A stretch of 64,000 bases of DNA, taken from NCBI GenBank assembly GCA_026026165.1, contig JAPEUD010000049.1, positions 124,001 through 188,000 on the forward strand, read 5' to 3'. Positions 23,079 to 37,490 of the stretch are shown here, in pieces. Source of the DNA: Sarea resinae (taxonomy: Eukaryota). The notes under the pieces are model-generated. The model worked only from the letters and a program-made list of their open reading frames with translations, was not told the origin of the DNA and searched no databases. Numbering within the stretch: the first letter of the stretch is position 1; each line of letters opens with the position of its first letter. The translations under genes and the position numbers were made by a program.

Positions 23079-26000
23079 TTTGACCGCCGTCTGCAATTTG
23101 CGTGACAAAGAAGTTGGTCGGCCAACTCGTCAATGCGTCAACTCGTCAATTCGTCCATGTGTCCATGCATCCGCAGAGTCAGGTTGGGATGATGATGAAG
23201 TCGAAATTTGGTGTGATGATGGCCGTGCGATCGCCCTGAGACGCAGCATTGGCGGCCGTGGGTAAGGACGTGAATGAAACCATCCATACTGGACCAAAAC
23301 TTGGCCAGTGGCCAATGGCGTCAATGTTTGTCGCGGCCCGTCACTGGGTAGGTGAGGTAGTCTAGACTGGCTTGACAAGTGCAAATGTCCGATCCTCGAT
23401 GACATCTGTCATCGCTTGCCGACCTTCTAGAGAGGGTACCAAATTGCTTTGTACGTTCAGGCACTTCGGCCTTCCCGACTACCTAGGTGGGCGGGGAGAA
23501 TCCAATGGAGAAGGAGAATACAGACGTCAGGACTGCAGATTCAGACGAAACAGATATTCGTGGAATTCGGTCTGAAACGGAGAAGATGGGAATGTTCAAA
23601 GGGATAGTTTAGGTAGTATTGTACTACCATAGTAAGGTACGGGGCAATACTCTGTGGGGTGCCAAGTTCGGTGGCCCCTTCGTAGAGCCGAAGTACTCCG
23701 TACTATGTACAACCCTCCAGCTGTTACAACACATGGCATCATTCGTCAAGCCAGCTGCTGGAGGGCAATCCCACTTGAAGGCTGAGCCAAGGTACGAAGT
23801 TACTTCACTCTGCTCGTACTCTGCTCGTTACACAACCGTGGGGCTGGCAGTTGTTGATTTCCCATCTACTTTGGGAATATTCCTTCGGCCTCCAAGCACC
23901 TCCTTCGAACGAACGGTTGCTCGATCATATCGTCGTTGGTCTACTGACGAATAGAGGCATTGGACCATGGCACGACGGTAGGGCCAACACTCTCCTGAAC
24001 GCTTTCAGTCGACCCCTAGAGCCTAGAGCGCTAGAAAAGAGAGGCGGTGAGAAGGAACCTCGACGAAGCCGAGGACTGCGAATTGCCCCGCTATTACCGA
24101 CCCTATCGACCCAATGGTCTTGACGAAAGGCAAAAGGCAGATGGACAAAGTCAAAATCCCATAATCTCATACATTAATGCCATAGGCTCTATCGCTCACG
24201 TTCTTGGGTCCGTGGCCAATTGAAACCGCTCAGGAGGCCGATATGAGCGATGATATTGACTAAGCTAGTCATAACTGGCTTCCATAAAGTAAAGTGGAGG
24301 CAACCTTGAACCTGATACTTGTTCAAGTGATCCGTACACTTCGTACATGGCAGCGTTGAATCACATTGATCAGCGGTCCCGACGGAAGCGCCAGAGGGCC
24401 TGCAGAGCTGAACTGCCGATTCTACAAAGTAAAGTTCGAGCTTCGATGCAATTATCGTCAGATTAATCCTTGATGGCGTTCCTGCCTTTGGGCGAGGGAA
24501 ACTCTTATTGATCGAATTCAAACAGAGAAATCATAGAGCCAGGAACGGCTACTCTACCCTAAACGGAGTAGACTGCCTTACTCCGACCCCGTACAGCAAC
24601 CCGCACTCTGAGCCAGACCCTGGGCGGGAATGCGGGATTGGGCCGCGTAGAAGGTGCCCCTTTTCGACGACGTGCATATTGTGGCTCCGGTCGCCATGCA
24701 GAGGCGCTCGTCTGTGTGATGCGACCCGTCGATGCCTCATCATCAGTGACGAACATCAATCACCAGGTGGCAAATACTGAGCGCTCCGAGGTAGGTGGGG
24801 TTCCAAGAATGGATCACTGCGTTATCTTGAATCCCACAGCGGTGGTTGGAGCAAGCACAGTCAAGCAAGCACGCTTTGCCGGGCTCCACCAAATTAAGGT
24901 AGACACACAAGACTGTTTGGATCCCGAAACATGGCTTCGTACTGCCGACGCAAGGTCAGACGAAGGGGCTTCGTATCATCGCCTTACACAATCATCCATA
25001 TCTCTTTTCCATTTCAACCCACCGTGTCAGTCACTAGCCGCATTGATCAACACTTGGGACGAATCGGCTGTGATCACGAAGCAAGACAAGCCTGTTCTCA
25101 CGACTGCCTTAACCCAGCGGCGTCTTACAGGATCGGATGACTCCCTCAGGCGAACGCACAAGCGCAGAGGCAGCAGACTTTACCGAAGGAAACAATCAGA
25201 TCGCTGATTCTTTTCGGCCCAGCAACGGCTGGATCTGCCACTCTAGGGTTCAATGTGGAGTTCGGAATGTCGGCAGGCGTTGTGAGACCAAAGAAATAGA
25301 GTAATTGTCTGTAAGGATATTTTCTGTTGACAATGAGTCCTTGTGATGCACGAAGTTGCAATAGGGCAGGGTCATATCGATACTGCGTGGCAATCGCAAA
25401 TCCCGAACGGGTTCTTACTTCGAAGAAGGCAAGATTCTGGGTACCGCAACGGCTGGAATGAATTTTCGTCCCTAAGAATCTTCAGTGAAGCTCACCATCG
25501 GCAAAGAGCATTACATTACTAAGTAGCAAAGGATGTCGCAAACAATGAAATACAGCCCCAGAATATCCGCATATTGCCTCGTTCTCCATGGAACCAAACA
25601 CTACGATAAATCGAGATTAATTCAGTGTCTCAACAAGGAGCAATCTCGCTGCCTAGTCCTTCAAGAGAACAAGTAATCTGTAAGGCTGCGACTTACTCGG
25701 AAGCGATATCATATTCGTAGTTTCGTGATATTGCGGCAGACATAGCATCGCAGCCAATACCGCTCCTATTCCCTCAGCTGCGGAGTATGGATAGCCGTGA
25801 ACGATCACTTATCTTTACAGTGCATTGTTGCATACGCAGCTAGCAAAGCAGGTCAGAAGGGGATCGATTGGACTGCATTTACTTTGTACCAAGCCTGATA
25901 TGATTGGTGACCTGTTTAAGTTATGAACGGCATAATTCTGTAGCAATCTGATACGCTAGGGACCTTATGCAATGTTTCGGAAGACAGTTGCCTGTACGAA

Positions 26001-29000
26001 GTACCGTAGTAGCAAATAGTAGACAATAATAGCATGCTATTGGCCAGGAAATTCTGATGATCACGAGGGAAAGTTATTGGCCGAATTATCAGTTCAGATA
26101 TTACTTAGGTACCCATAGTACTCTAGTGCACCTGCACAGCGCAGCGGATACAGCACAGGAATGGAAACTCCGCTCTACCCCGGCGTCAAAGGCAGACTGA
26201 GATCGCAAGGAATCGAGATCTAGACACGTCAGCCTGGATCTGAATGGATCGCACTTGGCGCTTTGTGCCTCGCGAACGGCCTCGTCACAGCTTCGCAACA
26301 TGCATATTAGCGAAAAGCAAGTCAAGCTCCAGCTGTACGGAGTATGCAAGTGCGTGCATATCTCGCCTCATGAAAAGGGAGAACGGATGGCGGATCGTTA
26401 TTTCACACTTGGCCAATCAGAAAGCGGGGCCGAGCGAGGCGAAACAAGATTACCGTTGAACAGACGGTGAGAGGGAAGGAGGAGGAGTTACCTAGTACCA
26501 AGTGAGGCTGGCTGACGAAAAGAATGGCTGTGCGCAAGGGGAGTGACCGAGGAATTGGCTGGTGGCATCAACTCTGCGCCACCGCCGCCAATAGCCGTCC
26601 GCCGTGGCCCGGGTCAACCGAAGGAGATGCCACGCAATTTTACTACTCGCTCGAGCGTGCATCAATGCGACTGGACTGCAACTTTCCCACGAGACTTTTG
26701 AGCGTCCGGCGTCCTGACTTACTCCGTACAGATGTGGAATTGCCAATCTTTCAAGGGTGTCAGGCAAGCAAGGAAAGGAGGAGGATGCAGATCGGCTCCA
26801 TACGTTAGACTCCGGGACGTATTTCTGCCTCTGCTCACTCTCCGCCTCGCTTCTGGGGGAGAATCAGGTTGATAGGCGTTGGGAAATGAAACGCAAGATG
26901 TCACAGGGCGACGGACCAGCAGCTTTCTTCCATGGCTGGCACTGCTCTACGATGATGGCGTCTCTGCCGAGTCCACTACTGATCCATGTGAGGCTTTGAT
27001 GTATGGGCTTACATATGCGAAATGCTACAAAGGACATGAGTTTAGCTGTCCGAAGACTAGGAAGCTGTATGTACTGCGGTAGCACGCCTTCTGGAACGGC
27101 ATTCGTGCCGTTGATAGTCTGGAACGGTCATCGATGGGAAAGTATGGTTTCGGATAAGAAAAGCGCAGTATACACTCCAAATTGCAATGGGAGAGCGAAA
27201 TATTGTTGGCCGTAGGCGAGCCGCGGCCCCAATCTTTCTCCCTCTCGAGTGAAACTACTACTCAATGAGCCACTGTGCTATGACTACCTTAGATTGGTAC
27301 GTTTAAGCTGACTCTAAGTCTTGTTCATTGGCTCAAACCCACAACCAAAATCGCCTGTCAAAAGGCTGTTGCGAATTTGGATCTGCACGGCGCTGACATT
27401 ACTATTGCTGTTGCCTTGTGTCTTTCCCATCCAACGTTTAAATATCCTAGCGATTCCGCTCGCTTCTTTGATTGGGCACATTCCAGTGCCAGGGCCGCCC
27501 GCAGACCTGTCACTCGTTGTCGCATCAGCCTTGAAGGCGCTGGCCGGCCGAGGGGCCCGTTCGGGTGAAGACTGGGCGCACGTCGCACCTAGCGCAGACC
27601 GTAGTCCAGTCAAAGAAGAGCGTAACGTTACGAGTAGGGATAACCACGCTACGCCCTTCCCAACACACGCCGTTCATGCAGAGAAGGAAGTTATGCAAAT
27701 CTCTGCATCGGGCGCAAGCTAGAGGTCGACGCCGGGTGGTTGCGCATGCAGCTTAGGGATGCCAGCGGACATGAGCGGCATTTTGTCCAGGCACTTCTTT
27801 CTTCGTACTTCCAAGAAGGGCTGGCCGCTTAAGGTTCTGTTAGTAGAGTGGCAGCGGCACGATCAAAGGCTTCTGTTGTACTCTGTACGCCAAACGAAGC
27901 ACGGAGCACCCGAGCATCTGCGCAAATGCTGAAGCACTGCTCTAGTCCCATAATAGAGTACGAAGTACTCGTCTTGTTGATGTTCAATCCAGAATACGAC
28001 ATCTTCGGCTTTGACCTGACCGTCCCGCGAAAAGTGAGTTAGGGATCTGCGCTAATTTTGGCGTTTAATCCTCAGTTTCTTGTCCTACAATGTTTACGAT
28101 CGAAGAGCCGGTCCCAGAAACCAGCGGTGATTGGGACCCAAAATACGGCACGGTTGGGCGATAGCACTACTCTATGGAGTGCGATACACGAAGATCGTCT
28201 TGCAATCACGCTTATCAAAGGAACAGGAGGAGTAGAATAGAGTAGCTTTAGCTTTGGGATATATCGGTGGGGCAACAATAGACGGTACAGGGTACGTGTA
28301 CGCCGCTCAGCAGCTCCGCGCAGCGGTTCCGTGTCGATCTGATGCACTAACTTCTGCATCGAGTTAAGCGCCGCCCTGTGCTCTCCCTAATGCCGTGGAG
28401 AATGGAGGAGACCAATGCAAGTGCGCGAGTGTCGTCTGTGGATAGTGCTAAGTATGTTGGTGGCCAGAGGGGAGAAAGCGAATAGGAAGGATCCGCAACC
28501 ATGTTCCTCGGTCAGTCGGTCAGGAGCTACCGAAATGGTACGGGTAGGGGATAGTCGACTCGCCCCTTTCATGCCTGTCAGAGCTCGTACATTCTTCGTA
28601 CCTGTCTAGGCCACTCTAGTCGAGATACCATCACTAGAGTAGAGACGGTAGGTACTCTACGTACTCGTACAGACACCCTAATTTAGGTAGTTACTCTGAG
28701 GTACTCACATCTCTTAGAGGCATGTCCTGCCCTCCAGAGTGCCTATGCGAGGGTGGTCATTGGCCACCAGGCCCTTCACACCGACCTAAGGCAAGGTATC
28801 CATTCCCCATTCGCGTGCCATCGGGTACGTAGGGGGCAGAGGGGGGGTAAGGGGAGCCTGCCGTCTAGCTTTCTTTTCTTCTCCCGTCGCCGAATGCGAT
28901 CGAAGGATCCATGATCATGGCTGTGTATCACTAGTGCCGCCCAGTGTGATTCCTCGGTCCTTCTTGGTGTTATTACCGCCCACGATGATGATGGTGCTGG

Positions 29001-30398
29001 TAGTAGATGATGCGGCCGATGATGATGGATGATGGTTAGGCTGGCCCAACCACGCGCCGTCTAACCCCGTCCAGGGTCTAGTCACGTACAGTAGTCACAG
29101 CTAGCGGAAAGGAACCACCACCATGTGTGAGTGAGTTTCAATAACAATGGATCCCAGTACGAGGTCTCCGTACCGTACCGCCTCTGCACAGCGCAGTAGA
29201 GTAGGTCGGTACGGGCTTGTGCCTATTATTGTTACCGCCCTGACCAATATCCCTCCCTCCCTCGACAAGCCTCTGCCTGGTGCGTCAGATACGACACTAT
29301 CGGAAGTCACTCATCTGCCAGACGGGCTGGTATCGATACTTCATCATCCGGCGTCTTCTCGTCGTCCGTAGAGTATGAGTACGTCTCCTCACCGACAGAA
29401 CGAGCCGGATGACACTAAAAGTGCCTTACGAATGTCAGTCAGTACTAGCACTCTGTAGCATCATATCCACCAGTCACACACCCTTTGCCCCCGGCTTCGA
29501 CTCATCATCCATCCATCCACCATCCACCATCCACTCCACCCTCCACCCTCCACCCTCCACCCTCCCTCCGCCTGAGAAAGCCTCGATACCACCCCAGTAG
29601 GTACCTACTCCCCCAACCGACGCAGTGCTGCGTACTCGGTCCTCATTCGACTCTACCGTGCTCCTGTGTACCTCTCTCTACCGTCCTAGAGCGCGAAGTT
29701 GCCCATCCTACCGCTCCCCGCCTGGGGCGTGAGGCGTGAGGCTGCTGCGCTTACAATAGTTGGCTTTCCCGCCCCTGCAACCGCAACAGCTTTTGCGTTA
29801 TTGTGTCCAGGGTACTGACTGGACCACTCGACTCACTCTCCTACTCTACTTGCTCTGCCTGCCGCTTGCTCGATCGCCCAGATCTCCCGTTTCGTAGTCG
29901 ACCATCCCGCCTTGGCCTTCTCGGTGCCATCCATCCAAACTTTCTTCTTCTTATTATTACTGTTCCTTGTGCCGCATCCACTACACCCTCCACTCCCACC
30001 ACTTATTTACCTTTATTACGCACGACCTCACTCTTCCTTCATCTGTCTACTTCACCACCCTACCTACCTACCTACCAACCTCCATTCATATTCTCTATTC
30101 TATCCGCCTCCTTCCCCAAGGCGTCCCTCACATTCATCCTATCTCCCAACACATTCTCTCTCTCTTTCAAGCTCAAACACTTTCACCTGCACCACTGTCC
30201 TCTCTACTACTACCAACCTCATCGCTGCCGTTTCTTTGCCGTATCGCAAGATTCACCTTCAATCCGGACAGCCATTGGTATTGAAAGGATCTCAAGGCCA
30301 TTTCCATTCCAGCACCCGCTTTGGTGGTTTTCCCCGGATTTCCTAGTTCTGGGTCCTTTCCGGACTCTTGACAGCAGCTGCTCCAGATCGTCAACATC

Positions 30399-31771
30399 AT
30401 GCTCCCTACGCCACCCACAACTCCCCCGCTACTTGGCCAATGCGCGCCGGCAGACCGCCTGGGACAGATATTAGCCAACCGGCTGGAGTTGACGGGAATT
30501 CTGGGTGTTGGTGCTTATGGGGTTGTTTACACTGCCGTGGATATTCACACCAATGTCCTTTTCGCAGTGAAGGCGCTCAACAAGATTGGCCTGGATCCTA
30601 GACAACGAAAATTCCAGCAGCGGGAGATCCAACTTCACCACCAGGCCAGCCAGCATCCGAATGTCGTTTCTTTGGTCAAGATCATGGACTCTATTGACTG
30701 TACCTTCGTCGTCATCGAATTCTGTCCAGAAGGAGACCTTTTCTCGAACATCACCGAGCGAGGGCATTATGTTGGTAATGACTTCCTTGCCAAAAGGGCC
30801 TTTCTGCAAATCCTGGATGCCGTGGAGTATTGCCATTCCCTTGGAATATATCACCGCGATCTCAAGCCGGAGAACATATTGGTAACGGATGGAGGTATGA
30901 CGGTCAAGCTTGCCGACTTTGGCCTCGCTACTACGGAGCATATCACCTCGGATTTTGGGTGTGGATCGACGTTCTACATGTCACCTGGTAAGACATTTGT
31001 GCTTCCATCACCTGTTATCATACTAACGTAGTCTCCGCTTCAGAGTGCCAGCAATCATCTCCAAGGCCGTTTTCCTGTTACGCATCCGCTCCAAATGACA
31101 TCTGGTCTCTGGGTGTCATCCTGGTCAACCTTACTTGTGGCCGCAACCCGTGGAAAAGGGCATCTCCAGAGGACTCGACCTTTAGGGCATACCTGAAGGA
31201 TGCAAAGTTTCTCAAGTCGATACTCCCTTTGTCTTCTGAGCTTGATGTTATCTTGAGGCGCATCTTTGAGTGCGATCCACAGAAAAGGATTACCATTCCG
31301 GAGCTACGGAGCCTTATTATCCGGTGTCCACGATTCACAAGCCACGTTAGTGACTCGCCACCCACTCCTCCGCCATGCTCAATCTTTGATGTTCCCGGCA
31401 AGGACGATCCTTTTCAATCTGGCTATGCCCTACCCGAATTCATCACTTCTTTCGAGCAGCCCGCACAGCCGCTTTCCAATCCAGCCTTGTACGCTACCGC
31501 GGACACTGTCTCTACGCAATATTCTCAATTCACCTCTGGTTCCGCCTCTTCTGCATCGGATAATGGTTCTGTCTTCTCCGCGGTTTCCTCCGGGTCCTCG
31601 GCCTCTTCTTACTCCGATTATGATTCGACCCTGCAGGCTCATCCTTCCATGGGCCACTTTGGATATCTCCCTCCACCTGCAAACTGCTACGGCAACTTGA
31701 TACCGGCCTTGGATCTCGTCGACAAGCACATGGCGCCTTCGTCTCTTGCTCCTTGTGCTAGGGTCTACTAA
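30399..31771 (+). CDS. ran1: Ran1/Pat1-family (Sks1/Vhs1-like) Ser/Thr protein kinase; intron ~30988-31043
   Basis: [34 protein letters not shown] and [20 protein letters not shown] (typical of the Ran1 family); Ser-rich tail. Confidence 0.92.
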
Positions 31772-33291
31772 GAGGACTAAAACGGAACACCTATCTTCTC
31801 TCTTCTCATCACATTTATGGATCCTGACGAACACTATTCAATTTCTTTTATTATCTAAAATCACGACGGAACGAGGTCTTCTTAGCAATGGAAGACAAAG
31901 CAGCATGCAGTTGAGCGATTGTTTGGCGTTCTAGCATCGGAATTTTGCTGGAGCCTTTGATAGATTTAGCGCGCGTTGGATGCAGAGAGGAGCTCGTCTT
32001 GGCCCAACCATTTCTGGACCATTGTCTTAGGCCTCAATTCGGCCTTTCTTTTCATTGCACAATACTTTCCACTCATGTAAATTCTCATTTGTTTCACCGG
32101 GTCTTTTGTGTTATTGGTCTTTAGCACCAAGAGAACTGGGTTGGCTGTCTGAAAAAGCGGATTATGGGAGTTTCATGGAATATGAATCGGAGTTGCTGCC
32201 ATATTGAGCGGACCAGTCGCCGTATGAGCACGTCGTCGACATAAAGGCATCACACTTTTTGTTTCGGTGGTATATATATTAATGTAGCTACTACATCTTC
32301 TTTCAACACTTCTTATTCCTTCCATTCGTCTTTATGTCTATCTTCTTTCTCTCCTCATTTCAGATTACGGAGAGGCTTCTTCGCACTCAAATCATGTATA
32401 TGGTTGGTCACAAACCGACCGAGCAGAACGGACAAGGATTCCATTAATTCGGAAACCATGTCTCGGGATACCTGCGCTTGAGCAGCGCTATCTCGGTGGA
32501 AATATATCTGGCCTGGCGATACCGTCCGATGAAGGCCTGAGTATCGCGGCCTTGGCCTTTAAATCACACTATTTGCCTTCGTCTGACCTCGTGTTGATTT
32601 TGTCTCGCAAAAACAAATTGCTCTGACTAGTAAAACGTCCTGTGATCCGTGCTTTGCTGGTCGGACAGGCAGCAAACATCTATCTCGAGTCGCGTCCTCG
32701 ATTCATCCATTCGCGCAGCACTTTGATTACAGGATCAGTTTCTCATGGTGGAAGCAGAGAGCGCGAGAAGTTCCTAGCTTCCAGCCCAGCTGTTGACGTG
32801 TGTCTGCATGTATCAAATGTATGTGCTACTTACTGTATGCGTGTGGATGGATCAGAGCAGACGTCAAACTCAAAAAGCAAGCAAGCAAGTGCACGCCCGC
32901 ACGCCCGCATGCGCCTGTGCTCATTCCGTTTCGAGACATTCCGTTGCGCCTTTTCTTTCCTTCAAGGCTTACGCACACGAGGCAGGAGGTGGTTCCCTAC
33001 GGTCGGTAGGTAGCCAGGCATCCACCACCACCACCAGCGTATCCATCATGGATATTTCTGAGTCTGGATCTGTACGGCCCGTGGGGCGCAGGGCATTTAT
33101 CCGAGCGTACCAAAAAAAAGCCAACGACTCCTCGTTACAAGGTCACGGAGGTAGGCAGCTACTACTGGGAGATCGGATGGATGTACGGGTTTGGTTTCCT
33201 TTCCATGCGGGTGCCGAAGGAATACGTACGACTGCGGTATGGGCCAGTCAAGTGACAATAGAAGGAGGAGATTCTTGAGGCAAGAAACCCA

Positions 33292-33351
33292 GAACAAAAG
33301 CAATGAATGGCAAGACAACAGGAACAAAAGCAATAAATGGCAAGACGACAG
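33292..33351. repeat. 30-bp tandem duplication (gaacaaaagcaatRaatggcaagacRacag x2)
   Basis: Two adjacent copies differing at two positions. Confidence 0.85.
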
Positions 33352-36300
33352 GAGCACACCCTTGAGCCATCCATCCATCCTCCCTTCTCTGTGACTGGTT
33401 CTCAGTCAGATGCACCCACTGGAAGTGAAGAGTCCTGCCCATTCGGCCGTGCGTAAAAGGACATTTGGTGTATGCTTTATCTGCCTATTTCCACGCTCTC
33501 GCGCTCGTTCGCCTGGCGACGCATCCATATGCAGACGTACCTACCCTTGACAGATGGCGGCACAGCACAGGCCCGTTGCTCCAGGGTGTGTATGTCAATC
33601 TGTCAATCTGTCCGTCTGTGTGTATATCTTCCAGTCGCATGATCAGTCGGTCTCATCCTGTGGAATCACGGTGGCCTGTGAAAGACCGGTTCGAATACTG
33701 GGTAAATCTCCTCGGACCTTATTGACCCTCGGGTTATTGTTAGAGCGCCGGTGGCGGCGCCCACGCGCCTTCTCTTGCTCACAACCTGGATTACTTACGT
33801 ATGGAAGGCTGGCTGCCAGGCAATAACATGAGGCTATATGGGTGGACAGCGCAGGGTAGGAGTAGGCGAAACGAGCGAGAGGCAGACAGGCAGACAGACA
33901 CTTGCGATCGATCACCATTACTTACTCTCTGACGGACGGATCGAGGGGCATGATGGCATGGGTAGCTCTGCATATACGCACGTGATGAGGTAGGGCATGC
34001 AGTGAACCTGGATCTTTATGGTCTCTAATGCTTTTGTTTGGTTCTGTACCATAGAGCGGGGGGCGAGGCTGAATCAGAGAGCCCTATGCGCGGAGCGCGG
34101 AGAGAAAGGCGATGTGGAACATCAATATGCTTTAACGTCGAGGGATAGGATCGGAGGAGCTGATGACGGACGGACGGGCGGGCGGGAGTGAGGGAGGGAG
34201 GCACCAGGAAAGAAAGCCACGCCGCTCATGACCTGGGAATCTCACGATCACGCTTACACTTGTTGACACTGTTAAACCAATGAGTGACTCACGATGCACT
34301 TTTTGCCTTATTGTCCTCTCAGTAAGGAATTACTGGCTAATAGCGTATCTCTCCTTAAGATAACGGGCTCTAAAACCAAAGGATACCTGCCTCCACACAC
34401 CAGAATCCAGATGAACCATGTTCGGATCAGGACAAGGTGTCTGAGCTATGGTGGACATTGCTTTTTCACAGCCTCGTCGGTTGATTTCTCGCGGTTGCAT
34501 CACTCCTGATTTCCCCCGGTTCTTGGTTGCACTCGATGGGTCCTGCAATGTACTATCAAATTGTCTCTTCCTTCCTACGAAAATCCCGGGCTTTGATGCT
34601 TCGTCATACTTACTCCTGCTCGCCTCATGTTGCGCGGCATGCTTGTATGAATCATAGCAGACAGACTTCACTCAGGCGGCAGGCGCGCGAAGTAAGCGGC
34701 CTTGATCTTCTCCGAGGGGTTAAGGGGCGCGCCTCATCGACTTGTCTTCTTCCGCAAGAAACCGCTCTCTCACTGTCTCTCTCTCTTGGAGCAGTCGTTC
34801 TACTGGCAGCTGTGTCGATTGAATTTCCGTTCCAAACAGCACAGCCTGTCTTTCTCCCGTGGCTAAGCCATTCCCCAGAATCGCTCTGCTTCTCCCCGGA
34901 CTTGTCTCCCGACCAAGGACCGGTGGAACACTGGTACGTCCAAGGGCTGCACTCAGATCATGAAGTGTCTACCGTGTTTCTTTTCTCGAAACCTCATCTT
35001 TGTCGGTCTCTTTTCGGCCCTCTGGCTTGGAAACTTGCGGGAGAAACGGGGAGGACATGTTCTAATCCAGAATTATTCCTCACTTACTCGAATGAAGTTC
35101 ATCCAAGTCCGCTCATTCTCAGCACCCACCCGCAGGAGCCGTTCAACAGTCCAGTCAACAAGCTGGACCGGCTGGAACCATCAATGGTATATGTATACTT
35201 CTGATGCGAATGATCTGCAGCCAACACAGAAACTGGAATTTGTCTCTGCAAAATTGTCGTAGCCTACCTACTACGCTAGGCCTCTAAATCTCGTCGTTAC
35301 CTTGGTCTGGCTGCTGGCTCTGCTGGCTCTGCTGGCTCTGCTGTTTGTCTTGTCGACCGCTGACGACGACGCCGAGCTCTTTGTGAAGTCTTCGCGTCCC
35401 GCTAGCTTTGCCCTTTCACGGGTCGCCGGTATGAGATGGGATGAAATGAGACGGGATGGGATGGACTATGATATGGTCTCCGCACCAGCTGCCATAATGA
35501 CTCCGTCTATAGACCAAAGCACATACGCAAACGAAGCCAAGGAGGAACATACATACCAACACGACTTTCTCCGAGGTAAAGAGAAAAAAATCCCTGGAAA
35601 TGCCAAGTAAACCCGATCTACACATCAACTCCACATATCTAAGCATTCCAAAGCTGTCGAAGCGAACACTTATCTTCAGTCCAAAGCCCTCAGGTAACCC
35701 CGTTGAAGACTGCGCAGCAGCAAGCCAAAGCCGATGCATGCCCTTCTATCCTGCAGAACTCGATGTATGCAATGCTGTAAAACGAGAAGAGGGGGAAAGC
35801 GCTATTCTGCGCATGTTCTTCTATCTTGTTTGTATGATATCTACCGCAGAATGTCTTCGTTGTCGACGTACAGCATACGGGGGTAAAAGAAATCAGGACA
35901 TTAGTGATACCAGTGAAATTCGATAAGAGTAATCTCTCTATCTATCCATCCACCCCCGCCCCCTCTATTCATTGCTTCCGCTCTATATCTCAGAATAAGT
36001 AGTGTTTCAAGTACCTACGTTTCCTTTTTTGCTTTCCTCTTTATCTCCCGTCGACTTCATACGTAGTGACCAAATCCCGTTTGAGACATCCCTAAACCGA
36101 TACCGCGCAAAAGAAGCAGCCAGCCAGCCAACCTCTTAGCTCTTGGCTCTTGAATTATTTCAGCTTTGTCACATGGCTGAGCGGCCATGCACACAGACCA
36201 GGCTTACCATTCATGACACCCACGAAGAGACCGCGCCGCGAACGAATGCAGTCCCGCCAACCTATTGACGACCGCTTGACATCTGATTGATTGATCGATC

Positions 36301-36500
36301 GAATGATACCCTTTTTCTTTGCCATACCTACCGAGTCTTCCCTTATCTAGCCAGCTAAGGCCTACTAATTTCTAGGGGGCCGGCAAGGAAGGCGAGTGGG
36401 AGCGGGGATGGAATACAAGGGCATGAGCGAAGAAACCCGCCGCTGCGTGACTCGTGAGTGAGTCCGACCAGGTAGCGGGCCGGGGCAAAGGAAGGGGAAA

Positions 36501-36542
36501 GAGAGAGAGAGAGAGGGGGGGGGGGGGGGGGGGGGGGGGGGG
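36501..36542. repeat. (GA)7 followed by a G28 homopolymer
   Basis: Directly visible. Confidence 0.9.
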
Positions 36543-37454
36543 AGGGGTGAAGAACGGTTAGAAAGGTCGGATGGGCCCTGGTTAGGGCTGGCTGGGGCTG
36601 GCTGGTTGGTTGGCTGGACACCACTCTTTTTTCTCTATCGATTTTTTAATTTTTTTGTTCCCCCGCCCCTCATGATCCGTATACTTGTCACGTCGTCGTT
36701 GTCGAGCTCTTTGTTTCATCCCCATGCTTTGCGTTCTAGAGCATGCTGTTGGCCCGTTGGGCAAGAAAAATGGACTGACTGTACGAAGTAACAGCTCCCC
36801 CAAGGAAGAGTCAAGGCACAAATACGGACGAAAGAACGAACGAATGAAATACCGGCAAAATCCAGGATGACTTCATCGCTGGCTGCAGGGCTGCCCCTCC
36901 CCCCCGCTCCCCACCTCCGTCGGAGACAAGAGCAGTGTAAGACCAGATATCGATGATGATGACCTGGTGCATGATGGTATGGTGGGACAGCCTCCTTACT
37001 CTGCATATTCCCACGGAGCACACGCAGCTCGAGTGACAGTGATATTGGTTGCAGTCAGTGATGGTGCGCCCAGTAAATCATGTAGGCGTGCACAGTGCTC
37101 AAGACGATGCAGCAATACGATCGCCGGTGATACAAACGTCGAAGTCGAGACGCAAGAAGTGGGTGATGGGTGCAAATGTTAGAGATTGGATAATAATATG
37201 GAAATATCGATATGTGGAGTACAGTGGAAACTACCTGCTATTTGATCAAGCACTTTTAGGCAGGGATCTAACTGGCCTGTGTACTATGTGTACGATGTGT
37301 ATGTGTGCATGCGTGTACAACGACGGTTCACTTTAGATTATCCGCGGCTGAAATCATATAGGTAATCTTATCATCGATAAAAATGTCGTAATCGAATCCT
37401 TCGCATCCTAAGGTAGGCGAACAGACAGAATTTACAACTTCGCTCGTCTTCTTT

Positions 37455-37490
37455 GGCTTCGGCTTCGGCTTCGGCTTCGGCTTCGGCTTC
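37455..37490. repeat. (GGCTTC)6 hexanucleotide repeat
   Basis: Directly visible downstream of PRP4. Confidence 0.9.

Noticed and set aside
29803..30474. 223-aa ORF upstream of and overlapping ran1
   Set aside because: GTG start, out of frame with the kinase, low complexity; open because the pyrimidine-rich leader lacks stops.
33640..33705. tRNA-like GGTTCGAAT at ~33688
   Set aside because: The T-stem does not close (C61 missing) and there is no acceptor stem, D-arm or anticodon arm.
34527..35610. ORFs of 225, 100 and 102 aa in the downstream desert
   Set aside because: No recognisable domain or convincing splice model; the signal-peptide-like LLALLALLALL comes from a 9-bp tandem repeat after a TTG start.
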